Origin: an uncultured delta proteobacterium
GTDB taxonomy: Bacteria > Myxococcota_A > Polyangia > Polyangiales > Polyangiaceae
Assembly: GCA_963850305.1 (NCBI GenBank)
Contig: CAWKKR010000001.1
Location: 736,001 to 800,000, forward strand
DNA: 64,000 nucleotides
Reading direction: 5' to 3'
The position numbers and the translations under genes were made by a program. Shown piece after piece: positions 10,924-22,049 of the stretch. How positions within the stretch are numbered: the stretch's first letter is position 1; each line of letters starts with the position of its first letter. Below the pieces are notes generated by a model. The model was not told where the DNA came from and did not search any database. It was given only the letters and a program-made list of their open reading frames with translations.

Positions 10924-11910
10924 AGGTTCGCTGGGCCGCGCGTCGCTCCATCGTGATCGAAAGCACGGATGGGGACGCGCCGCGAGGTCTCCGAAGCCAA
11001 CGCCGAGCCGCCGACAGATTCCGCGACCGTGTGCCGTAGCGGGCCTCGCAGACGAGGTAGAGCGTTTCGCCGTCCGGGATGCGCTGCGCCCTCATTCCGG
11101 CGGAGGATAGACGACACGCCCCGCAAACACCCGACGGATAGCCGACATCTATGCGACGAGCACGCGGCGCCGCCTCAGGACGGTGGAGCGCGTCGAATGA
11201 AACCGATCATCCCGACGCCGTTGCGCGTCCGGACGACGACGTCGAAGCGATGACGACGGCCGACGAGTTCGAGGGCGCGAAGGACCGTCGTCGCGTCGTT
11301 TTGCACGACCCACCCGTGGCCAGCCCCTGTCGGACGACCAGATCAACGACGGTCTGCGGTTCTTGCGGAAATGGCACGACGAAAGTGTTGCCTCCCATGG
11401 GGGTCAGCACGCTAGCCGTTCGTGTCGAGCGCGGAAAACCTTGCGGAATTTACGTCGGTTCTGTCGGCTGCCCGTGACCTGGCCACCGCCCCGGTCGTCG
11501 AGACGCCAGCCAGGTCACCCGTGCTCGACGACCCGCACGCAGTGAGCAGCGCACCGACCGCGGCCCTCCGGACGCGGGCAAGGCGGGGCACGGTCAGAGC
11601 AAACATGACGGGGGCTATCGACTGGCAGGACGACGATCGTCTAACGGCGGGCGTCCGGGTTCTTTCCTCGATTCAGCAGGACGGCCAGCTCTCGAAGAGC
11701 GCTGCGAGCTTCACCCGGATCGGAAAAAGCAGCAATCAGGTGTGCCAGGCCGGGGGCCTCTTCTCGGAACTCGTCGAGCCGGGCGTTCGACCACAACCCA
11801 GCATTCTCTGCGTTCCGGCAGCGCCGAGCAGGGCTTAGCAGAGAGCGCTGACACTGCGAGCGTCGCTATGCCCTTCACCTGCTAGGTCAACGGAGGCGCA
11901 TCTTTTCATC

Positions 11911-12555
11911 TTGGCCGCACGGCGAGGAGCGGCGTCCCGAGGCGTTCACGGAGAGGGCGACTCTGACGCCGCGTTCCATCTGGCATCGGATCGGCTAGAA
12001 AGCAGAGCGCCGACCGTACCCCTTGTGAGATTATTCGATACGTTGCCCGAGAAACGTCTCGCACTCATGCCGCAGGGGATGCCGGCTCGTCATCAAGTCC
12101 ACGAGTCGCTGCTAGAGCTTCTGCTGGCATGCGGAGCTGACGTGAACCGGATCATCGATTCGTCCCAGGGGAACGTCGACGGGTTCGCACGCCACATTGC
12201 CCGAGCGCGGATGCTACCGACGACGCCGGAGCCACTCGTCGTGCTCACGAAGACGAGCCCGGTGGCCCTATCGGTGTTCAAGGTCCGTCGGGTTCTCGAA
12301 GACGCGCTACCTTCGCTGAAGCACGCGCCCTGGATAGTCTTTCACGATCCGGATGACGATCCATTCTTCGGCAAGGAGGCCCAGGCGACGGGGGCGCTGG
12401 ATGCCTCCATTGACGCGGCTCCGATCTGGACGACGTTCGGCTCCGGTGAGTACCTCGTCCTGGTCCCCGGCGTCGCCAAGGCTGATTTGAAGGCCCGCAT
12501 CGCCGATCTCCTGGTGTTGGCTGACACGGCGGCTGGAACCACGAAGCCACCGTAG
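11911..12555 (+). CDS. hypothetical protein
   Basis: 214-aa ORF with balanced composition; true start may be ~12026. Confidence 0.5.
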   Translation: MAARRGAASRGVHGEGDSDAAFHLASDRLESRAPTVPLVRLFDTLPEKRLALMPQGMPARHQVHESLLELLLACGADVNRIIDSSQGNVDGFARHIARARMLPTTPEPLVVLTKTSPVALSVFKVRRVLEDALPSLKHAPWIVFHDPDDDPFFGKEAQATGALDASIDAAPIWTTFGSGEYLVLVPGVAKADLKARIADLLVLADTAAGTTKPP

Positions 12556-12620
12556 CGGGGCGCAGTTCACCGGAATGCCCAGGTGGGCGTCATCGCCCCT
12601 CCAGCAATCACGTCGTGTCG

Positions 12621-13012
12621 TCAATCGGCCCGCTTTGGTCGAAGCGGTGGCCCGATTCGTTCTTCGTCGTCATCGACATCGGCGGGCGGAGGTTCCGATG
12701 GCGAGAACATCGGTGGCTCGACGACGGTGTGCTCGGCGGTGTCGTCGAAGCGAGCGAGGGGAGATGCCGAAGGAACGAGCCGCTTCAGATCCGGCACGAC
12801 GTCGGGATTCGACTCCTCGTTGGCCTTTCGCTCATTAAGGGCCGCCAAGAATTCTGGGCATCTCCCCGATCCACTTCCAGCGAGCCTCTCCGACGGGGCA
12901 GATCAGAGCGTGCTTTGGAACCTTGCCGGACACGAATCCCCTGGATCATCAGATCCGTGCTCACCGGGCCGACGGGCACTTGGCCGTCTGGAGCTGTCAC
13001 CCACCATTGCAT
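12621..13012 (-). CDS. GYF_2 (DUF4339)-like protein, frameshifted
   Basis: MQWWVTAPDGQVPVGPVSTDLMIQGIR, then in another frame KVPKHALICPVGEARWKWIGEMP and an acidic Pro-rich tail. Confidence 0.65.
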
Positions 13013-13286
13013 AGGAGACGAATCCAAGCGTACCACCCGGCTCAGCGCGTCGACCAGTTGAGGGCAGCAAGAATTCGTTCTGCCCGATCCGAGTGACAAA
13101 GCACCCAGCACGACAGCATGCCCCGGCGGTGCCCCGCGCTTCTTCGACGCCGCGGGTCGCGGGAAGCGACGGTACAGTGGCGCCAGCACGACCCGATCAT
13201 CCTCGGTCGGGCCAAAGACGTGGCCCCTGCTCACTGGAGCTGCCCTCCCATGGCCCTGGGGGCCTCGCCGCCACAGCGAGGCCCTC

Positions 13287-14507
13287 TCATCGACCGCCGA
13301 CCGTGAGCCACTGCACTACCACCGGACCTCGGGAAATGGCCTTCCCGGGCTTGGCGAACAGGTAGCCCTGGAGCAGATCGCACCCCAGCTCGATGATCGT
13401 GTCCCGCTCCTCGGCCGTCTCGATGCCCTCGGCGACGACGGCGATCCCCAGGTCCTTGCACAGGGCGCTCATGGACCGCACGAGCTTCTGTTTGACGGGG
13501 CAGTTGTGAACATCCCGCACGAGCGACATGTCGAGCTTCACGAACTCGGGTTCGAGCTAGGCGAAGCTCGTGAGCCCCGCGTAGCCCGCCCCAAGGTCAT
13601 CGATGGCGATGCGGAAGCCCATCTCCCGGAGCCGTCGCCACCCTCGGAGCGTGCGTCCTCGACCCGCGTCGAGCGACGCACGCTCGGTGATCTCCAGAAC
13701 GACCCGAGGGGCGATCGAGGTGAGCGGTGCCGATGGCGTCGCCGAGCATTTCGTCGTTCAGATCGCTCGCATGTAGGTTCACGAAGAGCAGCGGCGCGGG
13801 GGGCAGAAGGCCCATGGGCTCCGGCGCCTTCGAGCGAACGGTGCGGCCCACGTCGTCGAGCCTCCCGAGCCGTTCGGCCGCGTCGAGAACGGCCCCTGGA
13901 TGCGGGAGGGCTGGCTCGCTGCTGCGAAGGAGGGCCTCGTACCCGAAGAGGTTGCGCGTCGCGGCATCCACGATCGGCTGGTAGGCCATCCACAGGGTGT
14001 CAAGGGCCCGGTCGAGGGTCACCGCGAGGCCAGCCCGGTCGCCTGCTTCGGGGCGCCCAGTGTCGAGAACGCGGATCGAGTCCCGTTTCGCTTTTCCGAG
14101 CCCGCCGATGCTCACGGCTCGACGGATCTGTTTTCCAGCTTCTCCAAATCGAGTGGTTTGATCAGGTAGTCGAACGCACCGTAGCGCATGGCGTCGGCGG
14201 CCGACTCCACGCCCGGTATGCCCGTCATGAGGATGACCGGAACGTCCAGGTCGTGTTCGCGGACAGCGTTAAGTAACGCGATGCCGTCCATCCCGGGCAT
14301 CGAGATGTCGGAGAGCACGACGTCGAAGGGCGCTTCGTCGTCGAGTAGCCGCAACGCCCGTGCCCCGTCTTCGGCAGCGCTCACGTCGAACCCGGCTTCT
14401 CCAAGTACCCGAGTGATCGCTTGCAGTGCCGGCGGTTCGTCCTCGACCACGAGGATTCGTGGCCGTGACGCCTCCAACGGTCGCGAATGAACCAAAGCCC
14501 CGGGCAT
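13287..14507 (-). CDS. response regulator with EAL phosphodiesterase domain (several frameshifts)
   Basis: REC: ILVVEDE..VVLSDISMPGMDG..YLIKP; EAL: YQPIV..GYEALLR, FVNLH, IAIDDLGAGYAG, KLDMSLV, VVAEGIET, LLQGYLF. Confidence 0.9.
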
Positions 14508-14982
14508 CGTGATCCCTTCCCTCGGAACGATCGATCAACGACAAGCCTAGCACGCCGTGGCTCGCTCTGCCGGACAAGGCGACCGCACAGGGTAGTAGCC
14601 GCGCCTACCGCGCATCACTCTCGCTCGCTCGCGCTCCGCAGACTTCGCGGACCGGAGGGAACGTTCGGCGACACCGGCATGTTGCGTCATGCTCACCGAG
14701 CGTGCTTCCGTTTTCTCGCACGTTCAGAGCGTTGGTTTTTGGCCGAGCTTGGTTGTCGCAGCGGAACCGATATCCTCCGTGGAGGGTGCGAAGGAGCACC
14801 AGGTCATCCTCGCTTAGGCCCGCTGTGCGCCCTGGTCATCGCTCCTCGCGAAGATCACCGCGCCTCGGATTCATGTGCTCCCCGAAACGTCCGTTTGCCG
14901 GAAGGCCGGTGGCGTTATCGTTCACGAACATCGTGGCGCCCGACGTGTGGCCGGGCTCGTGGTGACTCTCTATACCCGTCTC

Positions 14983-15598
14983 TCAGCTCACCATCGCTGC
15001 ATGACGTCTCACTTCCAGCAAAGCCCCTTCCATGTCGAGCGCCAGGTCGGGCCGACCTCGGTGGCGCTCAGGTCTCGACCGCGGCAGGAGTCTGCTCTTG
15101 CAAACGGGCATCGCGGAAGGCTCCTTTCGCACACCAAAGCGGATGCGGATGGGCACGGAGGAGCTTCCCGATTCGCCGACGAGCACATCGACGAGTGCCA
15201 TGAGTTCGTGTCGGAGGCTATCTTCAGCGCCGCCGTCGATGGCCAGGACGAGTTCGGACGTATCCCCGAGATTAAGGTGTGCATGCACGAGGAGCGCCCG
15301 AGCAAGCAAATGGCGAGCGGCCATCGACTGATCGTCGAGACGGGGAGCCACGACCATAATGGCTTTCCCGACGGCGCGGGAGGACCGTTCGAGGACTGAG
15401 ACCCGCCGTATCGTCCGACGGGAAAGCTCGATAGGGTAGCTCCCCGTCACATTGCACGACGACGACTGTCTCTTCGCACTGATCGGGGGTGACGAAGGTG
15501 TCGAACCCGCACGCGCCGTCTTCCACGACGACCAAACGCACGCGCAGGTCTTCTGCGGACGTCGGCAGCACAGCCCTGAGCGCCATCGGCCGCATCAC
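14983..15598 (-). CDS. hypothetical protein (frameshifted)
   Basis: overlapping ORFs 15272-15598 and 14983-15450 join into one plausible protein. Confidence 0.55.
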
Positions 15599-15780
15599 TC
15601 GGCCGCCCGAGCTTCAACCCACGTCGTTCGGTGATGCCTGCCAGCGTCTTTGCGACGCCAGGGATCTCGCTCACGCGCGAGAGGTTCGACTGGGCGCTCC
15701 GGGCGATGTCACCGAGCGCCACGATGCCGATGAGCTTCCCGTCCGAATCAACGACAGGGACTCGACGGAGCTCCCGCCGA
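15590..15780 (-). pseudogene. CBS-domain protein C-terminal fragment
   Basis: Own translation RRELRRVPVVDSDGKLIGIVALGDIAR...GVAKTLAGITERR; the N-terminal CBS half is absent. Confidence 0.7.
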
Positions 15781-15789
15781 ATCGGGGAA

Positions 15790-16182
15790 CCCGCTCGGAA
15801 TCAGGGTAGCCTGTCGTTCCTCGAGCGCCGCCGAGAACTCGGGACCTCGCCATTCTACTTTCAGCTAGCTTCTCCAACAACGGGGCAGATCAGAGCGTGC
15901 TTCGGAAGGACGCTCGCCTCCCCCCTCGCTTCCCACAACGCGAACATGGCCTTCAGCCTTGCCGAGTGCCTTCTCACGAGGGCCGTGGCTGTCTCCCTCG
16001 GCATTTACCACTATGACGTCTGCCTTGACGGCGTCTGCGGCGGCCTCGAATTCGTCGGGGTTGGTCGAGAATACCGGTTCAGAGATGAGCACTGCGAATG
16101 GCCCCAATCCGAGGATGACCGTGCGTGCGTTCACAACGTCGGCGCTCTCCACGGCTGGTGCCTCGCGGCGGTGCCGCACCAT
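15790..16182 (-). CDS. hypothetical protein, possibly a paralog of 14983-15598, disrupted at 3' end
   Basis: AVLISE..ADVIVVNAEGDS resembles LVVVED..ETVVVVQCDGE of the neighbour. Confidence 0.4.
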
Positions 16183-16414
16183 CTCGGCACAGGCGACGAC
16201 AAGTTCTTCCCTTGGGGTCACCAGCACGACCACCGGTACCCTCCTCGCTGGCGTCCGTCTGATTCGACAACCGCGGACGTGCGATCCGAAACCCCCGAGG
16301 CCGGCGCGATCGGTTCGCTCCGCCCGGTCTCCAACCCGGCGTTCATGTCGTTGTTCACCATGTGCTTCTCTCTGAGCGGGGATGTCCTGGAGTGTCTGGT
16401 TCCTCACGCGGGTG

Positions 16415-17293
16415 TTACGTGGCCTTGTCAGACGCGGGGACGAGCGAGGCTGGGATGGGGAACGCCGGGCGGGCGAACAGGTACCCTTGGCCGTAGTGGA
16501 CCCCGCAGTCCCGGACAGCCCTGTACTCCTCGACCAGTTCGATCCCCTCGGCCACGACCGTCGCTCCCATCTCGCCGCAGAGCCGGGTCAAGCTGGCCAC
16601 GAGCTGCCGCTTCCTCGGCTTCAGATGGAGCCCCTGGATCAAACTCACGGTCGAGCTTCACGACCTTCGGTTCGAGGTCTGCGATGTCGACTGAGGTTCG
16701 AATACCCGGCACCAAGATTGTCCACGACGAGGTGAACCCCACCCCGCGAGCGGACCTCTCGGAGCACGCTGTGACAGAGATCGAAATACTGGGAAGGGCA
16801 CGCTCTCCGTGATTTCCAGATAGACATCGCTGCCGTGCGTGTAGATAGGATCATCTGGACGGACGAGCAATGGCTCGTTCAGCTCGGCGGGATGGACGTT
16901 CACGAAGACGGCCCCTTCGCCGCATACCGACAGCGCCACCTCACGGATTAACCTCCCCAGCAGGCCCGTGCAACCGGCGAGCGATGCATGGGCGAAGAGC
17001 TTCTCAGGGTTCTCGTAAGCTGGGACGCTGCACCGGACGAGGGCTTCGGTGGCGAACTCCACTCCGCTGACGAGCGACACGATGGGCTGGAACACCACGC
17101 TCAGGCTGTCGGACGGGACGGTGCTTCCGAGGAAAACGCCGCTCACTGGTCTATTGGGTGGTGCGCTGCGAGCGTTCGACAGGAAGTTGATGCCCGAGCT
17201 GACCTGGTACCCCATGCGTCCCAGCCGCCCGAGCCGGGGAGTCTCGGGGAGTTCGTCCACCCCCTCGGTGTTCTTCGTGCCGCCCTTTGTCAT
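16415..17293 (-). CDS. stand-alone EAL-domain protein (frameshifted)
   Basis: VVFQPIV..TEALVR, FVNVHP, LEITES, VVDNLGAGYS, VKLDR, VVAEGIE, GQGYLFARP. Confidence 0.85.
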
Positions 17294-17654
17294 CCCTGGC
17301 TGCCGTGTCCGTGGGGTGAGTGCTCCAGATCAGTCACGAAGCTGAAGACGATAGCCGGCCAGCGGGCCGCCTGAAATGGCCACTGTGTTCCGCTGGCTTC
17401 CCGTCCGAAGCGGGCGATCTCGCCGACGGATTACCGGAGGAGACGACAGCGGTTGTTATCGGCCAATGTAGGCAAGTCACGCCACCGGCAACGCCCTGGC
17501 GAGTGAAGCAGGCACCGGTCAAGCACACCGACGGCACGAGCCCAACAAAAGAGAATCCTAAGATGGGAACATGAGTGAGGAACCATTCGACCGGATCGCT
17601 CTCGCGGTCGACGGAGACGTCACCCCGACGCGCACTCGACCCGTGCGCCTCCCG

Positions 17655-18912
17655 TCACGGGCACGTTTGCGGCGCCAGCGAGCACTTTCTGCCGATGCAA
17701 TCCGCAAACGTGTCGCAGGTCGTCGCTCCGGGCAAGAGCGAGACCGTGCAGGCGGCGCCGTCCGCGAGCACGGTTGGGCAACGCTCCCCGATTGCGAGAC
17801 ACTGACCCACCCGGCACGCCGCGGTGGCGGTGCACACTTCGCCCGGCTCGATGTAAGTCAACGTCGCGCACGCTCCTGTACTGCTGGGTTGGTGACCTGT
17901 TGCCGCAGCCCAGGCCGGGGGCGCAATCGACGTTCGTCACGCACTGAGCTCCCGCCTGACCACCATCCGAGCAGGTGAAGACAGGAGAGCTGGCGGCAGC
18001 GTCTGGAGCTGAGCCCGAGGCGACCGTCGCCGCGCAAATCAGCGGGGCCTTGCACGCTCTCGGCGCGGGCTGGCCGGCGCCTCCGAGGTCGGTCTGCTGA
18101 TCGCACGTCGCGCCAGCGCCGACCACGTCGAGCGCCTTGCACGTGCCGGTGCAGGAAGGGCCGGTGCCGCACCCGCTCGACTCCTGGCAGTAGAGTCCGC
18201 CGGCACACTCCAGCCAGACGGAGAGGCTCAACGGATTGCAAGCCTCGCCCTCCGCGTGGGGTACCGCATTGCCTGCCGGCGGCGTCCCCGGCAGAGGCGG
18301 TCCGGACGTCGCGCGAGTCACGCACGTCCCGCAGCCGACGCCCTGCGCCGCGCAGTCGCCATTCAGGCACTGCTCGTTCGCGACGCACGCGGAGCCGTCC
18401 GTGAGAGTCCCGCGCGGGAACGTGCAGTCCAGACTGGCGTTGGGGACGCCGCCGGGCCCTTCGGCGTTCCCGTCTGCCGAGCAGCCGCGCGCTTCGACGG
18501 CTGCGACGCACGCATCGATCGCGTCCGGGGTGAAACCGGTGCCGGGCAAGGCCATCCGCGCGGCGCACACCGTCGCGTAGCGGCTCCGGAGGCGCGCGAT
18601 CCCGCTCGCGGGCAGAAGAACGCTCGCGTTGCCGCTGGCGTCGTCTTCGCACGGGAGGAGGACAGTCTCGAAGTATTGGTCGCAAGCCTGCGCGGGGTCG
18701 CCGACTCCTCCGCCGTCGGTCGCACCGCTCGCGCCGCCGCGGTTCGCGCCGTCACCGTTCGCGGCGACGCCGCTGTCATTGCTCTCGCTGGCGCCGCCAC
18801 CGGAGCCAGTGAGCGGTGCGCCGGTCTTGCCCGCGGTAGTCCCCCCGCAGGCGACGGCCCCGATGAGCGCCAGAGTCATCGCAACATGATGAGAGCGGAT
18901 CGATGTGTGCAT
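17655..18912 (-). CDS. Cys-rich lipoprotein (frameshift near C-terminus)
   Basis: ALIGAVACGG lipobox; many CxxxxxC modules; tail in ORF 17655-17861. Confidence 0.75.
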
Positions 18913-18978
18913 TGGAAGATTTCCTCTGAGGTTGGGCGGTAAGTAGAGAGAGCGTGGAGGTGCGCAGCCGATCCGGAA

Positions 18979-20160
18979 TCAGGGCAGCGTGATGCTGATT
19001 GAGTCGAGCCCGTTGATGGCCAGGACCCGCAGCGGGTGTGTGCCGGCCTCCTGGGTGAGCACCCGAGAGTGGCCTGCGTAGAGCGTCGCGCTGCCTGGCG
19101 GAAACCCCGTGAAGAGCTCGGGAGGAGAGCGTCGCGTCCGGCGGCCCGGGGAAATCGCAGAACCCCTGGACTCCGCTGAAGGAGCCGGGAACCGGGTAAT
19201 ACTCAGCGCCGACCGTGACCGTCTCGTCCGTCGGTACCCACGTCACGCCGAGGCCCAACGCACGATCGATATGTGATTGCTGCCAGGTTCGTCGGATTCG
19301 GGAGACGTGAGCGCGAGGGCCGTCGGAAACGTGAGCAGCGAGGCGAACGCCGGGACGGTCGAGCCTGACGCGCTGATTTGGAGCACGTCGCCGGGATGCC
19401 AGCGCTGCGCGGAGTCGCTGTAGGGCGCGTATACCCCGAAGCCATCGGGTGAAAGCACGACGTCGGCCCCGGTGCCGCCGTGGACGGTGACCGTGCCCGC
19501 CGAGACGCCGGTCAACCCCACGACGGGCCCCGCCTTCAACAGACAGTCGATGACCCTGCACGTTCCGAATTCCGTGGTCGAACAGCGTGGCGGGAGCAGA
19601 CCGAGCACGAGGGCGTTCGAGTAACCCCCGATGGGCGCAGCGGACGGGAAATCTCCCAGGGAGACCATCATCGGCGCGGTTGCCTCCGCTGCGGCAGCGT
19701 CACCTGCAGCGCTGGCGTCGCTCGCAGCGTTCGCGTCGCTAGCGGTGCCGCCATCGCTTCCGCTGCGGGTCGCAGCGTCGGAGCTGCCCGCGTCCGTGGT
19801 GTCGGAGACGTGCCGCACGCAGGCGCCGTCCCGGCAGTCGTTTCCCGCCGTGCAGTCGCTCGTCGCCTGACACCCGGCGAGGCAGAGTCCGGCGGTCCCC
19901 GCGGGCAGGGCAGGGCACGCGCTGAGGAGGGTGGCTCGTGGAGCGCAGGTCGCGCTCGACCCCAGGTCGCTGCACGACGCGCTCGCGCTGCAGGAGCGCG
20001 TGCAGAGCCCGCACGCACACTCGAGCCCTGAGGTGCAGTCGGCGTTCACATGGCACAGGCTGAGCCAGTTCGACTCGCCACCCCGGGTCTGCGCGGGCGA
20101 ACCGCAACCTGCGAAGAGAAGGAGCGCGGCTACGACGGCAACGACGATTCGAGCAATCAT
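18979..20160 (-). CDS. Cys-rich lipoprotein with ESNWL motif (frameshifted)
   Basis: MIARIVVAVVAALLLFAGC lipobox; GESNWLSLC..ADC..CACGLCT; C-terminus ..GLDSISITLP* at 18979; ATGA overlap with the upstream gene. Confidence 0.75.
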
Positions 20161-21151
20161 GTGTCTTCCCCGTCCTCGTCGGCGTCGAGCATTGCTTGCC
20201 CGACGTACGCAAGCAGTCGGTAAGCGGAGCTCGGGATCGAGCCGACGCTCGTGTTGTGCGCCTGGATCTTCTGACGCAGCGAGACCCCGATCTCGCGCGT
20301 CATCCGGAGGAACGCGAGGGCCTCCTCGGCGTGCGGGTGCCCTGGCCAGAGCTCGAAGATGTACGTGCTCCCGCCCGTGTGATCGTCGCGAGACGCCCGG
20401 CGCGAGCCCCGGCGGAGCTTCGTCGTGATCGCGGTCACGACGGCCTGGTAGTGGTCGAACACGGCCGCTTCCCACCCGGAGGGGCTCTCGAGAGGGATCA
20501 GGTATTCCCGACTCGTGTAGGTGCCGTCGGCGCCCCGTGCGGCGCGCCCGTCTCGCACGAGAACGGCCAGGGCCGCTTCGAGATCCTCGGCCGGCGCCGG
20601 GACGTGCTGCGCGAGCTCGCTCGATGCGAGGGGGCCCCAGTGATGGACCGCAACCCAGACCAGATCGGCGAGGCGCTCGACGCTCGACGTTCCGTCGGCG
20701 GCGATCAGATATCTGCCGGTTCCGAGGCGCGGAGCACGATGCGGTCGCCCGAGCCCGTGGCAAACACGAGCCCGGTCTCGATGAGGTCGCGCAGCACCGA
20801 CCGCACCACGACGTCGTCGTCACGGGAGAACCGCACGAGCACGTCGATCTTGCGCACCGGGCCCACGCTCTTCACGTGGCCCAGCACGGCTTCCCACAGG
20901 GACTGACCCCGGATCGTGCTGCTCTCCGAGAGCCGGCGCACGGTCTTGTGATAGTTGCGGAGCGAGAGCCCGAACATGTCCGCGATGACCTTGTTGCCGA
21001 GGCCCTGCTCCTTCAGCTCGTTCACCAGATCCTGGAAGATCTGGTTCGCCGTGTGAGCGAGCGTTGCCCGCGCCCCGCTCGCCGTCGCGATCTCGGCGAT
21101 GAGCACCGTCGTCTGGCGAACGATGGCGTCGATGAGCAGGTTGACGTTCAT
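20157..21151 (-). CDS. uncharacterised protein with putative HTH (frameshifted)
   Basis: MNVNLLIDAIVRQTTVLIA..GLGNKVIADMFGLSLRNYHKTVRRL; VRSVLRDLIETGLV; C-terminus GWEAAVFDHYQAVV..GGSTY.FELWPGHP in ORF 20157-20558. Confidence 0.75.
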
Positions 21152-21355
21152 GGAGGGCTCGTCATGGGTGGGATAGCGAGAGGCCGATCCGACCGACGTC
21201 CCCCTTGTACCCGCGCATCCCGCGGGGAGAGCAGTGCCCGATCGGGCACCACCCCGATTGGGGGCGCCGCGCGGGTCCCGCGGGATGAAATTCCCGCATG
21301 ATCTTCGGGCGCCCGAACTTCCGGCACCGAACCCCTCGGGCTCACCGCTTTTCGG

Positions 21356-21688
21356 GAGATCGCTGAGAGGCCGCACAAGGAGAAAAGGAAAAATTGGCTC
21401 TTTACCTGGCTCGACGACGGCGGCGAGCGCACGGCAGCAATCCTCAGCATCATCGCGACTTGCATCGCCCACGACGTCAACCCCCGCGCCTACCTCCATC
21501 TTGTGACGAAGCTCATCGTTCGGGCCGCCAGGGGCTGGCCGAACAGCAAACGTCTGCGAGCTCCGGCCCGAGCGAATCCTCGCCGAGCATCCCCGAGCTC
21601 TATGTCGGCGACCGCTCGTCGTTGCCCGCGTTCTCGGATCCGCCGTCGCTTCCCGGCCGATCCGTTGCCCCCTCCGTCAGCGCCTTAG
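21356..21688 (+). pseudogene. IS66-family transposase C-terminal remnant
   Basis: Own translation from 21386: RKNWLFTWLDDGGERTAAILSIIATCIAHDVNPRAYLHLVTKLI. Confidence 0.8.
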
Positions 21689-22049
21689 GTGGCTCCGCGT
21701 CCGAAGCCTCGCTCACGTCTTCATCGGAATCGCTTCGCGGATCACTCGGTCCGTCAGCTCATGGCGACTGACTCCATCCCGCACAGCTCGTCAGAAAACC
21801 GCTCACGCTCGTCGCCTGAAGAAACGCTGGGGCCCGCAGCAAATCATCGATCACGCCGTCGACGTCGAAGAGAAGGACCGCGCCCGCCGTGGACTGGAGC
21901 GAGACGCTGTGCCCCGCAGCCGGCACGAGCGGTTCAAGCCGGCCGAGGACTTCCGGATAGCGGAACGCGGGTGCACGCCAGAAGCCCCACCCGTATCCCA
22001 GAGCAGGCCAGGAACGGATTCCGCGCGGAGGCCTGGTGAGCTGAGTCGA

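Noticed and set aside
11149..11838. Possible small lipoprotein (LLTAC) and other fragments
   Set aside because: Would need several frameshifts to assemble, and competing ORFs lie on both strands
13287..17293. Programmed frameshifting in the EAL genes
   Set aside because: Several shifts per gene with no consistent slippery motif; sequencing error is simpler
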